A stretch of DNA of 64,000 bases from contig NC_134541.1 in the NCBI RefSeq assembly GCF_050624435.1, forward strand, positions 125,086,480 to 125,150,479. Reading direction: 5' to 3'. Each line of letters opens with the position of its first letter. The stretch's first letter is position 1. The stretch is from Tenrec ecaudatus. Taxonomy: Eukaryota. This document shows positions 44,111 to 54,715 of the stretch, in pieces. Below the pieces are notes generated by a model. The model had not been told where the DNA came from and made no database searches. It was given only the letters and a program-made list of their open reading frames with translations. The translations under genes were made by a program, and so were the position numbers.

Positions 44111-44649
44111 TGGGCTAGACATCGCTCGGCCCTTCTCGCAGGAAGGGAGCCGGCAGGTAGCCTGCCCCCTCTCGTGACCGGGCAGGAGGCAAATGCTTTC
44201 CAGTCGTTTCCGGCCCGGTTTGCCTCCTCCACTTCCTTCTGCCTCCCTCTGGAATTTAGTAAGTGTGCTGTTTTGTTTGGCTGTGTTTGTTTGTTTTGGG
44301 CATTTTAAGCATATCTCCTGTTATATTTCTACCAAGTATTGTGCACATGTGCAGCATTTCATAAACGATGGTCTCTTTTGTGCCCTGTGGGTGTCTGTTC
44401 CTGCTTCATCTACTTTTGAACCCAGGAAGCCCTTGAGAGTGTTTCTCCTCCTCCAAGTTCAGTGACGCTTCACGCAGTCTGGCATGAGGTGTTCCCACCA
44501 GCAGGAGGCCCCAGAGCAGAGAGGGTCAGAGTCCTCGGCTCTAAGGTTGGTGGTCCCTTGGAAGAAGGGGGACAGCTGGCCACGTGGCAGGAGCTCGCTT
44601 CTGCCAGCAGGCTGATAGAAAATTGCCTAAATGAACACTATGCCCATAA

Positions 44650-44838
44650 ACTCAACCCAAACTCACTGCCACCGAGTTGCTCCAGACTCACAGCGACCCT
44701 GTAGGACCCGGTAGAAACTGCCCCTGTGGGCGTCACTCTTCCCAGGAGTGGAAAGCCTCCTCTTTCTCTCTTGGAGTCGCTGGTGGTTAGGAACTGCTGA
44801 CCTTTCAGGTAACAGCCCAGCGCGTCACCAGGGGCCCC
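44650..44838 (-). mobile_element. AfroSINE (reverse orientation)
   Basis: It runs cactgccaccgagttgctccagactcacagcgaccctgtaggacccggtagaaactgcccctgtgggc...gctggtggttaggaactgctgacctttcaggtaacagcccagcgcgtcaccaggggcccc. Confidence 0.8.
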
Positions 44839-45223
44839 TCTACCCTCAGGACTGCTACTTTCCAGAGAAGCCAGAGAGACAGCACTGCGTTGGTGGGGAG
44901 GGAAGGATCCCTGTCTCTTTATGAGAGGCTCTGAGTCCTGGCGGTGTCCTTGTGGGTGCCGGTGGGGGAAGAGGCGATGGTTCTGGAACACTTTGGAGGC
45001 TTCAGGGTTGGGGGTGCTCCTTGCCGAAAGTTCCCTCCAAGCGGAGGTGCTCAAGTGAGCTGTGCAGGAGCTCTGGGTCATCTTCTAGAGGGACGAAGTG
45101 GGGCAGGGGCTGAGGGGACACGAGCAGCACCCCAGGGTGGGGATTGTCCTCCAGATGTCCGGTTTGCAGGCGGGACTCCCTAGAAGAGAATAAGGATAAG
45201 CCATGTGCTTAGACCACGGCTCG

Positions 45224-45242
45224 TGTGTGTGTGTGTGTGTGT
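45224..45242. repeat. (GT)n microsatellite
   Basis: The tract is gtgtgtgtgtgtgtgtgtgt. Confidence 0.85.
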
Positions 45243-45289
45243 ATTTCCATCCTTCATCCTCTACCCCGCCCACCAGCTAGCCAACCTCT

Positions 45290-46310
45290 ACCCCACCCCT
45301 AATCCATCAGGTATCCATTCACTTTTCCTCATCTGTCTATTCATTCATCTATCCATCCATGCAACCATGCCCTTTGGACTCTCCATTTACCAAGTCACTC
45401 ACTGTTCTTTTACTGCCATTTACCATTCGCCTGCCACCTATCCTTCCACCCACCATTCTCCTTGTAGCACACATTGGTCATTATTAGCCAGCCATTTCCA
45501 ATCTACCCACCCAGCTCCATCCACAGCCCTATCCTTCCCCATCTGTCTTCCTGCCCATCTACTGTCCATCCTTCATCTATCCATCCACCTACCCACCCAC
45601 CCATCTATCCACCATCCATCCATCCATCCATCTACCCATCCACCCATCCATCCACCCATCCATCCATCTACCCGTCCACCCACCCATCCATCCAGCCAGC
45701 CATCATCCATCTACCATTCATCCATCTACCCATCCATCCACCCATCCATCTACCATCCATCCATCCATCCACCCACCCATCCAGCCAGCCAGCCATCATC
45801 CATCTACCATCCACCCATCCACCCATCCATCTACCATCCATCCATCATCCATCCATCTATCCACCCACCCATCCAACCAGCCAGCCATCATCCATCTACC
45901 ATTCATCCATCTACCCATCCATCCACCCATCCATCTACCATCCATCCATCCATCCACCCATTCACCCACCCATCCAACCAGCCAGCCATCATCTATCTAC
46001 CATCCATCCATCCATCCATCTACCCATCCACCCACCCATCCAGCCAGCCAGCCATCATCCATCTACCATCCACCCATCCACCCATCCATCTACCATCCAT
46101 CCATCATCCATCCATCTATCCACCCACCCATCCAACCAGCCAGCCATCATCCATCTACCATCCATCCATCTACCCATCCATCCATCCACCCATCCATCTA
46201 CCATTCATCTACCCATCCATCTACCACCCATCCACCCACCCATCCATCCAACCAGCCATCATCCATCCACCCATCCTTCATCCATTCACCCACTCATCTG
46301 TTTCACTCAA
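45290..46310. repeat. ~1-kb (CCAT/CCAC/CAGC)n-type simple-repeat tract (tetranucleotide-based, degenerate)
   Basis: For about 1 kb the sequence is a continuous run of catccatccacccatccatctaccatccatcc... This generates the spurious 379-aa '[11 protein letters not shown]' ORFs. Confidence 0.9.
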
Positions 46311-46740
46311 CTGCCCACTCTCCAGCCCCCATTTAAACTCCTAAGAACAGAGAGTGTGTTGTCCACCGCCTTACTCCAGCCTCTCAAGCCGTGCTGACAC
46401 AGAGTAAACGTTTAATAAACACTCAGTGAATTGATCCTTTTGCCCATTCATCCATTTACCCAGGCTCCTTCCCCCACCCCCCAAAACAACCCACACAGAG
46501 GAGGGAGCTTCAATAAGCGCATGGAAAGATAACGGAAGCTCCCCTCGTACATTCACACCCAGTCTACTGAGCTTCAACTTTGCGCTCACAAAGCTGGTGC
46601 TCACTAACCTTTTCTTCCTAGTAAATGGTTTCTTTGGGAGACACCTCCTCCAGGCAGCTTTTCATGATTCCTTCCTGTCCCAACAGAGGCAGAGATAAGC
46701 GGTCTTCTCGTCGCTTCCACTGTTCTCGTCAACACTTAGC

Positions 46741-46952
46741 CATATCTCACTGCCATCGAGTCGATGCCGGCTCACAGTGACCCTCCAGGTCAGGGTAGAA
46801 CTGCCCCTGTGGGTTTCTGAGACTGTCACACTTTACCGAAATAGAAAGCCCTGTCTCTCTCCCTCGGAGCGGCTGGTAGTTTCAAACTGCTGACCTTGCA
46901 CTAAGCGGCCCAACTCGTGACCACTACGCCACCAGGGCTCCCGCGCTAAGCT
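46741..46952 (-). mobile_element. AfroSINE (reverse orientation, full length)
   Basis: It runs cactgccatcgagtcgatgccggctcacagtgaccctccaggtcagggtagaactgcccctgtgggtttc...ctggtagtttcaaactgctgaccttgcactaagcggcccaactcgtgaccactacgccaccagggctcc. Confidence 0.8.
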
Positions 46953-47967
46953 GAATTCCCCAGGGGCAGACGCCGCACCATTCATTCCTGCGTCTGAGGC
47001 TCCTAACTCAAGGACTGGCGTCTGGGAGCCCCAAATGTCTGGTGGCAAACTGCACAGCCTTGTCACCCTATACACACCTTGTCCCAGGGAGATGGTAGGA
47101 GGTGGGCCTTGGTGCGGGTACGGTTTTTGTCAGAGCTAGAGATGGCAGAAGGGAAGAGAGCTGAGAACGCTGAATTCAAAGATCAGGGTAGAACAGAGTT
47201 GGAATCGATGGTCAAAGTCCCCTACCCTGTTAGCAGGGTGCCGACCCCTCGCTCTCTCCCCTACAAGCTCCTCATCCTTCTCCCAGACTTAGGGCGGCTC
47301 CCGGGAAGCCTCACTCACCGGGTATCTGTGCCTCGGGTCTTGGTGATGAACACTGGAAGTAGAAGCCCCAGTCAGAGAAAGGACTCTCCCCAAGGCTAGA
47401 AAGTGCTCTGAGCCAAAAGGGCTGGGGTACTTCCAGGTAGGTGTAAGGAGTGAGGAGCAGGCGAGTGGGCAGAGGGTACCGTGCAGTGCAGGTCCTAAGC
47501 TGGCTGTGAGATAGGGAAGCTGGGCAGACGCCCTTGGAGAGGTCAGCAGTGGTTGGGAGGCGTCAGGGACTATGGCGGGGTCTCTGGACATGGTTGGGGT
47601 AGGGAGTCACCTTGCTTAGATATCTGGGTCCCCTGGTCTCTCATTTGCTTTTTCTTGGGTGGAACGGGGTTCATTTGGAAGCCGGCGATAAACAAAGCCT
47701 CATCAGTGAGTTCTGTGCTGATCCGGGTCAGAAATTCCTCAGAACGGGATACAGAAATCTTCTGGGAAAGAGAAGTCAAAAGTGGTTTAGCCTGGGAGCT
47801 GCCACCTGGGGGAGCTGGGCCTGGCAGGGAGCAATCTGGGGGATCTGGGGCAAAGGAACTCAAGGACTGAGTCTTCACATTTGACTTGGGAGGCGCTGGT
47901 CCAGGGGGCAGACATTGGGGACCTCAGGCTCAGGGTCCATGATGAGGACTATGGGATCTGGGTGGGC

Positions 47968-47970
<3 letters not shown>

Positions 47971-48022
<52 letters not shown>

Positions 48023-48038
48023 GGTCTGAGCCTAAGGC

Positions 48039-48086
<48 letters not shown>

Positions 48087-48113
48087 TGAAGGTCTGGAGA
48101 TCTGAGCCTAAGG

Positions 48114-48146
<33 letters not shown>
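47971..48146. repeat. Compound (TG)n microsatellite: three (TG)14-30 blocks separated by a repeated ~20-bp spacer (aaggtctgagcctaaggc)
   Basis: The structure is (gt)n-gaaggtctgagcctaaggcgg-(tg)n-aaggtctggagatctgagcctaaggctc-(tg)n. Confidence 0.9.
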
Positions 48147-48147
<1 letters not shown>

Positions 48148-49289
48148 GTCTCAGGCAGGAGGTCTCAGGGCTGGGGGATCATGGCTCAGACCTGGGGCCT
48201 GGTGCTTGGCCCAAGAACTCCCCACACCCTTCCAGTCCACCTCTAATGCTCCCGCCCTGCTGCCCTGCTCACCGGCCCTATGCTGCACAGGGAGGGTGCC
48301 CCTTGGGATGGCCAGCTGCTCTTTTTATCCTCATTCTTGGAAGGTGTGGATGCCATCCCGCTGAGAATAAATGGAGCCTGTTTAGACTGAGAACACCCCC
48401 TTCCCTCCCCAGCCTCATCCCGACACCATTCCACCCAGCTCCCCCCAGGTTTAAACGACTATAGAGGAACCAGCCCGCTGTCTCAGCGCCCCCACTGTCT
48501 CCGATTCTTTGGGGGGAGGGCGGAGAGCTGGTGGGCACAACAATTCGCCTCCCCATTTCACCCCTTCCCTCCCTCCCAAGCCAAGGCAGTCGACTTGCCG
48601 CCCCGGACCTGGCAGATCGATTGAAATCTTGGCAATTGCGCAGCAAGGGAGCTGGGGGGCTGTAAGGGGTCCCTGCGGCAGCTGTTCCTAGCGGGCTTGA
48701 TGGCGGGGAGAGGGAAGACAGGGACGCGGAGGTGGGGAGGGAGGCTGGAAGGACAGGGACCCCGGGTAGTGTCTGCGAACGTTCGGCAGCCCGGTTGCCA
48801 GGAAACGTATTAAGGGTTCTAGAACCAAAGGTGGGGATAATTTTCCCAGCATGCCCCGTTGCTTCCTCCGGCCTCCGCTCCACCGCGCTTGGGGTCCCTC
48901 CTTGGGGACGGCGACCCCAGCGCCAGAGCCTGGGGAAGATGGGAAACATCACACACGGGAGCCTCGGGCGTAATCCTCCAACCACTAGGGGCGCCCGAGA
49001 AGCCGCCCTGCCCTAGGCCGCTCTCCAAACTCTCTAGCCGTCATTTCGTAGTCCGCGGCTGGTGAGAGCAAACCAGGCCAGAGCCAGGGGGCAGGGAAGA
49101 GCCACCCAAAAAAAAAAAAAGAGGACTGTACCAAATAGCCTTGTCTCTCGGGGATGTCAAGACTTAAGAGGACGGAGTCTTTTCTCTTTATCTTTATTTC
49201 CAGGAAGTCATGGTCTCCGCATTTAAAAAAGAAACCCAGATCTTTGAATATGTCCGTCTTTTGCCTTCGCATCTTCAGTTCCTTCTTTT

Positions 49290-49900
49290 GCTCGGTATCC
49301 ATGGTTCTCCGCTCCCCCTCCCCCTGGACTTTGGTCTGCGCCGATCAAAAGGGGCGGAGCGGAGGGGGAGGGAAGGGGAAGGAAGCGAGCCCGTCTTAAA
49401 GGGACCGTAGCCATTCTTCAGCTTTTCTTGTTTCAATTTGGCAGCTACAAGTTCGGGAGGGTAGGTTCCCGGAAGCGGAGTGCAGCTGGAGCCGCTAGGG
49501 CGGCCGCTGGGCGCCGGGGCGCCTGCCCGCGGTTCCCTATCGGAAGGGTGGGGTGTGCACGCCCTCTGCGCCCAGCACACACGGGGCCGGCCCAGGCGCT
49601 GGCCGGCGGCGAGCTTTCCCCTTGGGCGCTGGGCCTGGGCAGCGGGGTGCGTGCGCTGAGCCGGACGGTGAGGTCGCGCTGCGGGGCTGGAGCGGCTCGC
49701 CACCTGCAGAACGGGCCCGGGACGGCCGGGGAGCCGCCGCGATGGCGGGCGAGAACATCTTCCTGTTCGTGCCTAACCTCATCGGTGAGTGCGGCGCGCG
49801 GCCCTGGGGCGGCCGCGAGGGCGACTGGTCCGGGCCAGGGCTCTGATGCCCCTGCGCCGGTCTCCCCGTCTCCGCTCCAAGGTTATGCCCGGATCGTCTT
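49290..49900 (+). promoter_or_regulatory. CDIPT: CpG-island promoter / 5'UTR of CDIPT (GC boxes ~49335-49360)
   Basis: CpG is dense from about 49300 through CDIPT exon 1. Motifs such as aaaggggcggagcggagggggagggaagggg are present. Confidence 0.55.
49742..49784 (+). CDS. CDIPT: CDIPT coding exon 1 (CDP-diacylglycerol--inositol 3-phosphatidyltransferase)
   Basis: ATG at 49742 sits in a gcgATGg context. The exon encodes MAGENIFLFVPNLI(G). The donor is atcg|gtgagt. Confidence 0.9.
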
Positions 49901-50016
49901 CGCCATCATTTCTTTCTACTTCATGCCCTGCTGCCCGCTCACGGCCTCGTCCTTCTACCTGCTCAGCGGACTTCTGGACGCTTTCGACGGACACGCCGCG
50001 CGAGCGCTTAATCAAG
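49882..50016 (+). CDS. CDIPT: CDIPT coding exon 2
   Basis: The acceptor ctccaag| precedes 49882. The exon encodes (G)YARIVFAIISFYFMPCCPLTASSFYLLSGLLDAFDGHAARALNQ(G), which contains the CDP-alcohol phosphotransferase D-G-x2-A-R motif. The donor is caag|gtgatc. Confidence 0.9.
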
Positions 50017-50675
50017 GTGATCGGGAGCCTTGGGCCCCCAAGGGGCGGGGGCGGGGTGGACCTGGAGCCTGAAGGGGACCTGTCACTGCATGGCCCGGCG
50101 ATGTAAGGAAGCGATTTGAGCTGGTTCTTGAGAGGGACTTACTGGTTGTGATGTCAGATGGCAGGGCTGGATGGCGGTGGGCAGTGCTGAAGGCCCCATC
50201 CGATGAGCCTCCAACAAGTGTTTTCTGAGGACCTGCTGTGTGCCAGACACCAGCCATGGCGATGCCTGGAGGCATGCTCAGAGGAAGGATGGGGCTGCAA
50301 AACATGATTTCTGGAGGGCTGACTGATTTTTTAAAATGTGTTCTCCAGACTCACCTCCAAGACTTTGCTTGGGACTTAAGTCTCTGTTTCCCCCTAGGCT
50401 CTGGGACTGATGGATTGTAGAAATAGCTCTTCCACCCCCATCCTGCCTCCCGCACCGCTCCCTTCCCACTCCCTGCCCCTTCTCTGCCCGGAATTGGTGA
50501 CACTTGCCTCTTGACCTCTCACCCAGCCCCTATCAGCCTGCTGTCTTCCCCAGGCAGGGCAGAGTGGTCATTTTCAATCTACCGAACTCTAGCATCAGAG
50601 TGAAACACCCCTTTGTCGTGAGCACACTGACCCTCAACCCCAGCCCCTTCCCACCTAATGGTCGTGATATTTCAG

Positions 50676-50829
50676 GGACCCGATTTGGGGCCATGCTGGA
50701 CATGCTGACGGATCGGTGCTCCACCATGTGTCTGCTGGTCAACCTGGCCCTGCTGTACCCCCGGGCAACCCTTCTCTTTCAGCTCAGCATGAGCTTGGAT
50801 GTGGCCAGCCACTGGCTGCACCTCCACAG
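50676..50829 (+). CDS. CDIPT: CDIPT coding exon 3
   Basis: The acceptor atatttcag| precedes 50676. The exon encodes (G)TRFGAMLDMLTDRCSTMCLLVNLALLYPRATLLFQLSMSLDVASHWLHLH(S). The donor is cacag|gtctgc. Confidence 0.9.
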
Positions 50830-51275
50830 GTCTGCTGCCATTCCAGGGTACCTGGGGTTGGGAGCACTTGAAGAAGGCAGTGTAGTGGGATGGTGGGAGG
50901 AGTGAGACTGAGGCAGGGGTGGGGGTGTGGGAAACGCAGGTCTTCGGGGTTGGCCACAGCCTTCTTGGGAAGTGTTTCATTTTAAGCCTCGGTTGAAGGA
51001 CCCAGGCCAAGGCCTGTCCTTTTCAGAATTCACTTCGGCCCTGTTCACAGTTAAATGAAGCCATGCCTCAGGCCCTCTGGCTGGGTATTCCAGAAATCCC
51101 GGTAGGTAGTCACTTCTGGGAAAGAGTCGGGAGCTTTCGATTGTGGCTTTTGAACCGTGGCTGCCCCTAAGTTGGTAATCGTGTGGCTTTGGACAAGATA
51201 CTGGTCATGTGTACAGCAGCCTGGATGTTCGTGGTAACATGAACTCCTGGCACGGCTGCCCCGCTTCCTCCCCAG

Positions 51276-51357
51276 CTCTGTGGTCCGAGGCAGTGAGAGT
51301 CACAAAATGATTGACCTGTCAGGGAATCCAGTGCTTCGGATCTACTACACCTCCAGG
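51276..51357 (+). CDS. CDIPT: CDIPT coding exon 4
   Basis: The acceptor ctccccag| precedes 51276. The exon encodes (S)SVVRGSESHKMIDLSGNPVLRIYYTSR. The donor is agg|gtgagc. Confidence 0.9.
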
Positions 51358-51657
51358 GTGAGCATCTCCACCCCTCCCTTCATTGGCCCAGCTTTTGCCA
51401 AGTCCTGGGCATGCCCTGTTCCCCGGTAGAGCAGAGAGAGACAGGCCTCCTCGTCTCCCTGGGAAGGAGAGGCCTGAAAGAGAAGGGTGGGTGGGAAGGG
51501 ATGGTGAGTGGTCCCCAGCATCTAGTAGAAGAGGAGCCTGTGGCTCCCTGCTACCTTCCCACCTGTGGGTTTGGGCTCCCGAATGCATTGTCAGCTGGGG
51601 GAAGGGAGGCCCACTGCCCCACGCTCTGCCTAAGCAGCCTTCCTGCTGTTTTTGCAG

Positions 51658-51739
51658 CCTGCTCTGTTCATCCTGTGTGCCGGTAATGAGCTCTTCTACT
51701 GCCTCCTCTACCTGTTCCATTTCTCCGAGGGACCTCCAG
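51658..51739 (+). CDS. CDIPT: CDIPT coding exon 5
   Basis: The acceptor tttttgcag| precedes 51658. The exon encodes PALFILCAGNELFYCLLYLFHFSEGPP(V). The donor is ccag|gtagga. Confidence 0.9.
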
Positions 51740-51868
51740 GTAGGAACAAAGGGGCAAGAGGGGTGGGCGGTGGAGGGATTGTGGCCTGCCCAGGGAGGTG
51801 ACGGTTGGAGACTCCTGGGCCCATGCCTGGATCTCATCCCCTTGTCTCCCCCCTGCCCTCTTCAACAG

Positions 51869-52014
51869 TTGGCTCCGTGGGTCTTTTCCGGATGGGCCTC
51901 TGGGTCACCGCCCCCATCGCCTTGCTCAAGTCCGTCATCAGTGTCATCCACCTGGTTACAGCCGCCCGCAACATGGCTGCCCTGGATGCGGCAGACCGGG
52001 CCAAGAAGAAGTGA
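51869..52014 (+). CDS. CDIPT: CDIPT terminal coding exon 6 (TGA 52012-52014)
   Basis: The acceptor cttcaacag| precedes 51869. The exon encodes (V)GSVGLFRMGLWVTAPIALLKSVISVIHLVTAARNMAALDAADRAKKK*. The six exons sum to 642 nt, giving 213 aa, the same length as human CDIPT. Confidence 0.9.
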
Positions 52015-52537
52015 CCCTGGCACCTCCACCCCCAACCCCCCCAGTGCCCTGGGAGGTCTCACTGTGCCACACGGCTCCCCGTCCCCTCATAGGAGGTCCC
52101 ACTCTCACGCCTACCTACTGTGTCATCCGACCCGCTGGGATGGGAACCCGCCTCTCTCCGGTGAGGTCACACTCTCTCAGCCCTGCAAGCCCCAGGGGCC
52201 CAGCGCATGGACTCCACAATCAAGGAAGGATGCTGACGAGGCCACACGGTGTGGGTGATGATGCTCCTGGGGCCCCCAGGAGGTCTGTCGAGGACGGTAT
52301 TGTCACACCTGCTGGCTGGACCCCGGGGTCTGGCTGGACTGGAGATTTGGGGGGCACTTGAATAAGGGAGAGGATGTGAGGGGCTCAGTTCCCCAGAAAG
52401 CAGGGGAGCCTGATCAAAGGAAGTCTGGGTGTGTATGTGGGGGGTGGGGTAACCACTCTCAGAAGAGAAGGGGCTTCTAGATCAGTACCCGTTGCTCTCT
52501 CCTCTGCCCTGCCTTCCCGGGCCCTGGAAACCCTGAC

Positions 52538-52543
52538 AATAAA
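52538..52543 (+). terminator. CDIPT: AATAAA polyadenylation signal of CDIPT
   Basis: The hexamer sits in ccctgacAATAAAcgtgggagc, about 525 nt after the stop. Confidence 0.55.
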
Positions 52544-52785
52544 CGTGGGAGCATCACTCTGTGTACTTGGTTCCTGTGAGGTGCCCAGGTTGAGGGGAAA
52601 TGGCAGGTGGAACTAACTGGCACCCAGTTTGGTGGCTGGCTCCCCCTCGACATTCCACAGTACCTGCAAAGGCCCGTTCTGCCACCCCAGTGCATACCCT
52701 GGCCTCACTCCCTGCCTGCTTCCTGGATGACACTGTCCACATTAACTTAGAAACTTGAGCTGTTCCACCCCCACTAGAGGTCGGC

Positions 52786-52930
52786 GGTTCGAAACCACCA
52801 GCTATCCCCGAGGGAGAAAGACAAAGCTTTCTACTCCCATAAAGGGTTACGGTCTCAAAACCTCACTGGGGCAGTTCCACCCTGCCCTATAGGGTGACAC
52901 GGAGTCACTGGGAGTGGCTGTGAGTCTCCC
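52786..52930 (+). mobile_element. AfroSINE fragment
   Basis: It reads ggtcggcggttcgaaaccaccagctatccccgagggagaaagacaaagctttctactcc...gggcagttccaccctgccctatagggtgacacggagtcac. Confidence 0.65.
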
Positions 52931-53066
52931 AAAATGAACACCGACCTCCTAGAGTAGGCATCCAGGAGCAGCTCCGTAAGTATATGTCAGTAGATTGGTT
53001 GGTTCTGCACAATGAATGGGCCCAGAAATCAGTAACGTAAAATCATTTTCAGCACTGACCATCTAA

Positions 53067-53272
53067 GGAGCCCTAGGGACACCGTGGTTACCCATTGGGC
53101 TGCTGACTGCAAGGCCAGCAGTTCGAAACCACCAGCTGCTACATGGGAGACAGAAGGGACTTTCTACTCCAGTAAAGAGTTACAGTCTCAGAAACTCACA
53201 GGAGCAGTTTTGCCCTGTCCTACAGGGTCACTGAGTCAACATTGACTCGACGGCTGTGAATTTGGTTTGGGC
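53067..53272 (+). mobile_element. AfroSINE (full length)
   Basis: It runs ggagccctagggacaccgtggttacccattgggctgctgactgcaaggccagcagttcgaaaccaccagctgc...gagtcaacattgactcgacggctgtgaatttggtttgg. Confidence 0.8.
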
Positions 53273-53295
53273 GATCATGTATTCTAGACATTGTT

Positions 53296-53470
53296 GAGCC
53301 CTGGTGGTATAGTGGTTAAGCATTGGACTGCAACACCCATGGTCAGCGGTTCAAAACCACCACCAGCTGCTCTGGAGAAAGGCTGAGCTTTCTAGTCTCA
53401 TAAACGGTTATGGTCTCGGAAACGCACAGTGGCTGGCTGTGGGTCAGTCTTGATGTGAAGGCAGTGAGTA
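53296..53470 (+). mobile_element. AfroSINE (tandem to previous copy)
   Basis: It reads gagccctggtggtatagtggttaagcattggactgcaacacccatggtcagcggttcaaaaccaccaccagctgctc. Confidence 0.8.
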
Positions 53471-54120
53471 CTAGGCATTGTTTGAGGTATCGGTCCTGAC
53501 TAACTCCTGCTATTTGAGCCCTCTCTGCAGCCTGGCACCAGTTTTCTTGCCGAAAACTATCAATCAGGTCTGCCATCTGGCAGACCTTGGGGTGGGGTGG
53601 GCATGGGGGGCTCTTTGGCTGCTTCCCATCTCATCTTCCTCCTCACTCCGTCAACTGCCTCAAATGGCAACCAGTGTCCCCAAAAGAGCAGAAACAACCC
53701 AATGTGTCTGGGGCCTGAGCTCTTGTCTTGGGCAGAGGGGACTTGGTGGGAAGCCCTGCGGCTGAGTCATGAAGAAACAATTACATACAACAGGGAGTGG
53801 AACCCCCATTGTCTGGTGAAGGGGGTGGGGATCCTAAGCACCATAGGGATTCAGCAGGGAAGAGCGAGCCCAGGAAAGAATTCCCAGCTGAGGGAACAAA
53901 GCAGGGAGCCCAGAGAGCATCCAGGGAATAGCGGGAATGGAAGGAGATGGATTTCAGCTAGAACGTTCTGTGCGAGGGGTGGGGTGAGACTGAGGAGAGG
54001 CGAGGCAGGAGAAGCCCGCGGGGGCGGTCTGAGGAGCCAGGGAGGTCATTGGGACGGTTTCCTGAGGCTCTTCACACTTAGCTGGTGGGGGTGTTCGAAA
54101 TCAGTAAGGCATCCCACAAA

Positions 54121-54305
54121 GGAGCTCTGGTGGTGGAGTGCTTACACGGGCTGCCCCCCACAGGGCCAGCAGTTCCAAACCACCAGCTGCTCCTCGGGAG
54201 AAAGAGGAGGCTTTCTACTTTGTGAAGAGTGAGTCTAGAAAGCCACAGGGGTGGTGCCACCCTGTCCTGTAGGGTCAGCTTCGACTCGATGGCAGCGCGT
54301 TTTCC
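54121..54305 (+). mobile_element. AfroSINE
   Basis: It runs ggagctctggtggtggagtgcttacacgggctgcccc...ccagcagttccaaaccaccagctgctcc...gcttcgactcgatggcagcg. Confidence 0.75.
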
Positions 54306-54325
54306 CAGAAAACTTCACTGCAGAC

Positions 54326-54392
54326 GGATGGATGGATCGATGGATGGACTGATGGATGGATGGATGGATGGATGGATGGATGACAGAAATGT
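54326..54392. repeat. (GGAT)n microsatellite
   Basis: The tract is gatggatggatcgatggatggactgatggatggatggatggatggatggatg. This is the reverse-complement motif of the 45.3-46.3 kb (ATCC)n tract. Confidence 0.9.
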
Positions 54393-54599
54393 CTTCCCAT
54401 GTCAACCTCTCCGTCCCCCCCCACACAAGCAGCCGCACTAACCTATGTATCTGTCTAAATAAATGCCTTGTCTACACCCAACGATTTACATATTTCAAAT
54501 TTCATTCTTATATCTTTTTTACTGCTCAGCTACTAACAAGTGCCGCTGTTCTAGTGCTGCTGTGTAGGACTCATCCCAGAGTCAAGACATACTCTACAA

Positions 54600-54715
54600 T
54601 AGTACAGGAGAAAGAAGGCCCACTCCCATCAGGAGGCACCGAAACCCAGCGGGCAGTTCCACCCTGTCCGACAGGGTCGCTGGGGGTCAGCGTGGACTCA
54701 AGGGCAGCGAGAGCT
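54600..54715 (+). mobile_element. AfroSINE 3' fragment
   Basis: It reads ggcaccgaaacccagcgggcagttccaccctgtccgacagggtcgctgggggtcagcgtggactcaagggcagcgag. Confidence 0.55.

Noticed and set aside
45205-46397. ORFs of 379 and 307 aa with [11 protein letters not shown] repeats.
   Set aside because: These are an artefact of the 1-kb (CCAT/CCAC)n tetranucleotide tract, whose frame-independent repetitive peptide is typical of microsatellites.
51383-52258. A 291-aa plus-strand ORF across CDIPT exons 4-6.
   Set aside because: It is in a different frame from the CDIPT coding exons and reads through introns in Pro/Ser-rich GC sequence. It is a chance ORF.
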